Positions 61,256-64,000 of a stretch of DNA of 64,000 nt are shown piece by piece; the stretch's first letter is position 1; every line of letters begins with the position of its first letter. The stretch covers positions 4,625,575 through 4,689,574 of the forward strand of contig CBDBMC010000001.1 of NCBI GenBank assembly GCA_965207095.1, in the 5' to 3' direction. The position numbers and the translations under genes are program-made. The notes under the pieces are model-generated. The model was not told where the DNA came from. It saw only the letters and a program-made list of their open reading frames with translations, and ran no database searches. Origin of the DNA: Candidatus Poribacteria bacterium (GTDB lineage: Bacteria; Poribacteria; WGA-4E; PCPOR2b).

Positions 61256-62140
61256 ATGGCAGATTTCGACTTGCGCGTCCATGCACACGCAAAGGTTAAC
61301 CTGTACCTCGATGTCCTTGGAAAACGTCCAGATGGATATCACGAAATTGAAACAATCTTTCATTCTGTCGGACTGCATGACGACATCTACCTCCGCAAAC
61401 GCACAGACAGACAGATTACAGTGCACTGCGAACACCCACATGTGCCATCCGACCCACGCAATCTTGCTTATCGAGCTGCTAAGCTGCTGCTGGACGATAT
61501 ACCTGAGCTGGCCGGGGTGGATATTAAGATTCAGAAACGGATACCGGTTGCAGCAGGACTTGGCGGAGGCAGCGCGGATGCGGCTGCAGTGCTTTGCGGA
61601 ATGAACGCCCTTTTCGACCTGGGTTTGACACAGACAGATTTGATACGCTTGGGCTTACAACTCGGGGCGGATGTGCCGTTCTGCATACTGGGTGGCGCTG
61701 CAGTCGGACGCGGTATCGGTGAAATTTTAACGCCGCTACCGCCTTTTGGAGAGACGTGGATTTTGCTTGCAAACCCCGGCTTTGAAATTTCCACCGCTTG
61801 GGCTTATCAGCAAATCAATTTATCATTGACTCACCCTAAAAAAAATGTTACAATTTTGACTCGTTGTTTTCGGAATGGCGAGTTGACCCAGGTCGTGCGC
61901 CATCTCTATAACGGCTTAGAAGTACCTGTTCTCTCGAAATACCCCGTTATTGCGGAAATAAAAATGAAACTCAATAAATACCCAAGTAGCAGCGGGGTGC
62001 TCATGTCAGGCAGCGGTGCAACGGTATTTGCGTTCCTGCAAAACCACGTTCAAGCGAAACGTGCTGCCGCACATTTCGAGAGCGATTTTGCTTTTTGCAG
62101 TGCAACCCCCATGAGTAGCGTGGGCGTGTGTATCTCTTGA
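61256..62140 (+). CDS. ispE: 4-diphosphocytidyl-2-C-methyl-D-erythritol kinase
   Basis: Start MADFDLRVHAHAKVNLYLDV. GHMP-kinase motif PVAAGLGGGSADAAA. Confidence 0.9.
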   Translation: MADFDLRVHAHAKVNLYLDVLGKRPDGYHEIETIFHSVGLHDDIYLRKRTDRQITVHCEHPHVPSDPRNLAYRAAKLLLDDIPELAGVDIKIQKRIPVAAGLGGGSADAAAVLCGMNALFDLGLTQTDLIRLGLQLGADVPFCILGGAAVGRGIGEILTPLPPFGETWILLANPGFEISTAWAYQQINLSLTHPKKNVTILTRCFRNGELTQVVRHLYNGLEVPVLSKYPVIAEIKMKLNKYPSSSGVLMSGSGATVFAFLQNHVQAKRAAAHFESDFAFCSATPMSSVGVCIS

Positions 62141-62212
62141 TGGGCGGTCGCCAAGCGGTAAGGCACGGGTCTTTGGCACCCGCATGCGTAGGTTCGATCC
62201 CTACCCGCCCAG
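62141..62212 (+). tRNA. tRNA-Gln (anticodon UUG)
   Basis: Cloverleaf drawn by hand. Acceptor TGGGCGG/CCGCCCA with the U1:A72 pair typical of bacterial tRNA-Gln. D arm GCC-AAGCGGTAA-GGC. Anticodon stem CGGGT/ACCCG with loop CTTTGGC. T arm GTAGG-TTCGATC-CCTAC. Discriminator G. CCA is not encoded. Confidence 0.8.
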
Positions 62213-62222
62213 CATTTTCATA

Positions 62223-62262
62223 AGCCGTAGCTATTGTCACAGCTACGGCTTTCTTATGTTTT
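62223..62262 (+). terminator. Intrinsic terminator downstream of tRNA-Gln
   Basis: Perfect 10-bp stem AGCCGTAGCT / AGCTACGGCT with an 8-nt loop, followed by TTCTTATGTTTT. Confidence 0.55.
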
Positions 62263-62275
62263 GGAGGAATACAAT

Positions 62276-62947
62276 ATGCAACAAGCTAAACTTGAAGCTC
62301 AGAAACGGGAAGCGGCTGGCAAAGGGGCCGCGCGTGGCATGCGACGTGCAGGGCATCTTCCTGGCGTGCTGTATGGTCGCAAGAACGAGGTTATCCCGAT
62401 CCAAATCAATACGCGAGGATTTCAGGATTTTCTGCAAAATTACGGGGAGAACGCTTTTATCAATTTGGAAATTGTCGATCATGGCACCGAAAGCGTTATG
62501 GTAAAAGAGATTCAGAGAGATCCGGTGAGTAATCAGCTGCTTCACACCGATCTCCTGCGTATCTCGATGGACGAGCCTATTACGTCGGCGGCAACGATCG
62601 TCTTAGTCGGATCTGCTCCGGGCATCCAAGAGGGTGGCATCCTTGAGTTCCCACACCGACAATTAACGTTACACTGCCTCCCAACACTTTTGCCTGAGGA
62701 AATAGAAGTCGATATCAGCGAATTGGAAATTGACAATAGGCTTTCTGTGGAAGATATTTCTCTGCCTGAAGGGATTGAAATTTTGGATGACCCGCACACA
62801 CGGATCGTCGCCGTTGTCCCGCCAAAAGTGGAGGAAGAACCGACGGCAGATGAAGATATTGAAGGAGAAGAGGAACTAGTCGACGAAGATGCAGAGCCTG
62901 AAGTGATTTCTCGCCGCAGCGATGATGATGAGGAAGATGAAGAATAG
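62276..62947 (+). CDS. rplY: 50S ribosomal protein L25 / general stress protein Ctc
   Basis: Start MQQAKLEA with a GGAGG RBS. L25/Ctc N-terminal beta-barrel domain plus an acidic C-terminal tail. Follows ispE and tRNA-Gln as in many bacteria. Confidence 0.8.
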   Translation: MQQAKLEAQKREAAGKGAARGMRRAGHLPGVLYGRKNEVIPIQINTRGFQDFLQNYGENAFINLEIVDHGTESVMVKEIQRDPVSNQLLHTDLLRISMDEPITSAATIVLVGSAPGIQEGGILEFPHRQLTLHCLPTLLPEEIEVDISELEIDNRLSVEDISLPEGIEILDDPHTRIVAVVPPKVEEEPTADEDIEGEEELVDEDAEPEVISRRSDDDEEDEE

Positions 62948-63130
62948 ACAGGCAAAATCGTGTCTATGCCTTATTCGCTGCCGTAGGATTTCTGATAGGT
63001 AACACAGTTCCTTTGCCTACTATACGGTAGGTCATCAAGATAAACCACGCTAAATTAACCCCGATAGCTCTTGCCAGATATAACCCGAATATCGGAACTA
63101 TTTTACTGCAATCTTGTAGTCAGGTGCTTA

Positions 63131-64000
63131 ATGGTGCGTCAATTTATTCTATCCATTGCAATTCTGTTATCGAGTTGTATCAGCCATAGTTTTGCTCAAT
63201 CCTCGCCGCTTCGTTTTGTTGATGGCAGCGGCAAGACCCTTTTCCAAGCACAGGTTATTGCACAAAGCGGTGGATTGTATCTCCCGGTTCAGACCTTGCG
63301 GGAAGCATTTGATCCGGGGATGAAACAACAATATATCTCCCTAACTAAGCGACTGACCTTAAATCTGAAAGGGAAGCAGCTGCATCTCCAAGTTGAATCA
63401 CTATCTGTTAGTGTCGATCCGGACGAAATGAAATTGTCCCTCTCTCACCCGCCACTGATCATTGATGGACAGTTGATGCTTCCCCTTCCATTTTTCACCG
63501 ATATCCTGCCCAACGTCTACGATTTTGGGGTGACCCATAACCCGTTAATTCAGACGATACACATTACTGAAAAAGATGCACCACTCCCCGATCTTACTCC
63601 CACATTGGTTACGGAGGGGCCGGAAAAATTTCTAGTTATCCTCGATCCTGGACACGGTGGCTCCGATACAGGTTACCTAGGAAGTACAAGGGTGGCGGAG
63701 AAGGATATTGTTCTTGACCTTGCCAAACAGGTTGAGAAAGCGGCTCGTAAGGATCAGCTGGAGGTGGTATTAACACGGGATGCAGATTTTGACCAACGCC
63801 CAAAAGAACGAATCGACATTGCACAGAAAAACCAAGGCAAACTTTTTCTAAGTCTACACTGTAACACCTCCTTTTCAGACCGTGCAGCGGGGATCCATCT
63901 CTACATCAGCAATTCCTTGGGAATCACCCAATTAGATCGCCCGCCAACCGATCCAAACACAGCCCCACAGCAGGGTACAACTATCGAAGCTGTTGCCCAA
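63131..64000 (+). CDS. N-acetylmuramoyl-L-alanine amidase (AMIN domain plus Amidase_3), 3'-partial
   Basis: Signal peptide MVRQFILSIAILLSSCISHSFA. The Amidase_3 start motif is VILDPGHGGSDTGY. The frame is open to the end of the window. Confidence 0.8.
   Translation, partial: MVRQFILSIAILLSSCISHSFAQSSPLRFVDGSGKTLFQAQVIAQSGGLYLPVQTLREAFDPGMKQQYISLTKRLTLNLKGKQLHLQVESLSVSVDPDEMKLSLSHPPLIIDGQLMLPLPFFTDILPNVYDFGVTHNPLIQTIHITEKDAPLPDLTPTLVTEGPEKFLVILDPGHGGSDTGYLGSTRVAEKDIVLDLAKQVEKAARKDQLEVVLTRDADFDQRPKERIDIAQKNQGKLFLSLHCNTSFSDRAAGIHLYISNSLGITQLDRPPTDPNTAPQQGTTIEAVAQ

Noticed and set aside
62542-62955. 137-aa Ser-rich minus-strand ORF antisense to rplY
   Set aside because: Poly-Ser product generated by the acidic GAA/GAT-rich tail of rplY on the opposite strand. 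Spurious.

Overview
This 64 kb window is a bacterial chromosomal segment of roughly 50% GC carrying about 50 protein genes, one tRNA, and unusually repeat-rich intergenic DNA.

The genes are mostly core and housekeeping: mutY, an Obg/DRG-type GTPase, dehydrogenases and aminotransferases, gamma-glutamyltransferase, hemY, a pentaheme cytochrome c, modABC, sulfate adenylyltransferase, adenosylhomocysteinase, metK, rpsA, thiO-thiS-thiG, leuC, a lolB-like lipoprotein, ispE, tRNA-Gln and rplY/ctc. Accessory genes include a Sel1-repeat protein, two PhyH-type dioxygenases, a bacterial alpha-2-macroglobulin, Tat-secreted proteins and lipoproteins.

The main non-genic finding is two families of short TIR-bearing, MITE-like elements that share dispersed hairpin modules. 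Copies interrupt modB/modC, flank a two-gene membrane-protein cassette, and sit in several divergent promoter regions.

Other points of interest:
- a tandem pair of about 580 aa proteins with an N-terminal Rieske [2Fe-2S] domain fused to an unrecognised roughly 470 aa domain, divergent from sat;
- an alpha-2-macroglobulin gene split by an apparent frameshift;
- a tightly coupled ggt-hemY-multiheme cytochrome c cluster;
- about 1 kb of unannotated DNA upstream of metK;
- a decayed stretch of gene fragments next to a 3'-truncated leuC.

Taxon is not determinable from this window alone. The gene content (Tat and lipoprotein signals, Sel1, PhyH) fits a Gram-negative, possibly Planctomycetes-like or candidate-phylum organism. 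All calls below come from reading the sequence and the ORF translations; no database searches were run.
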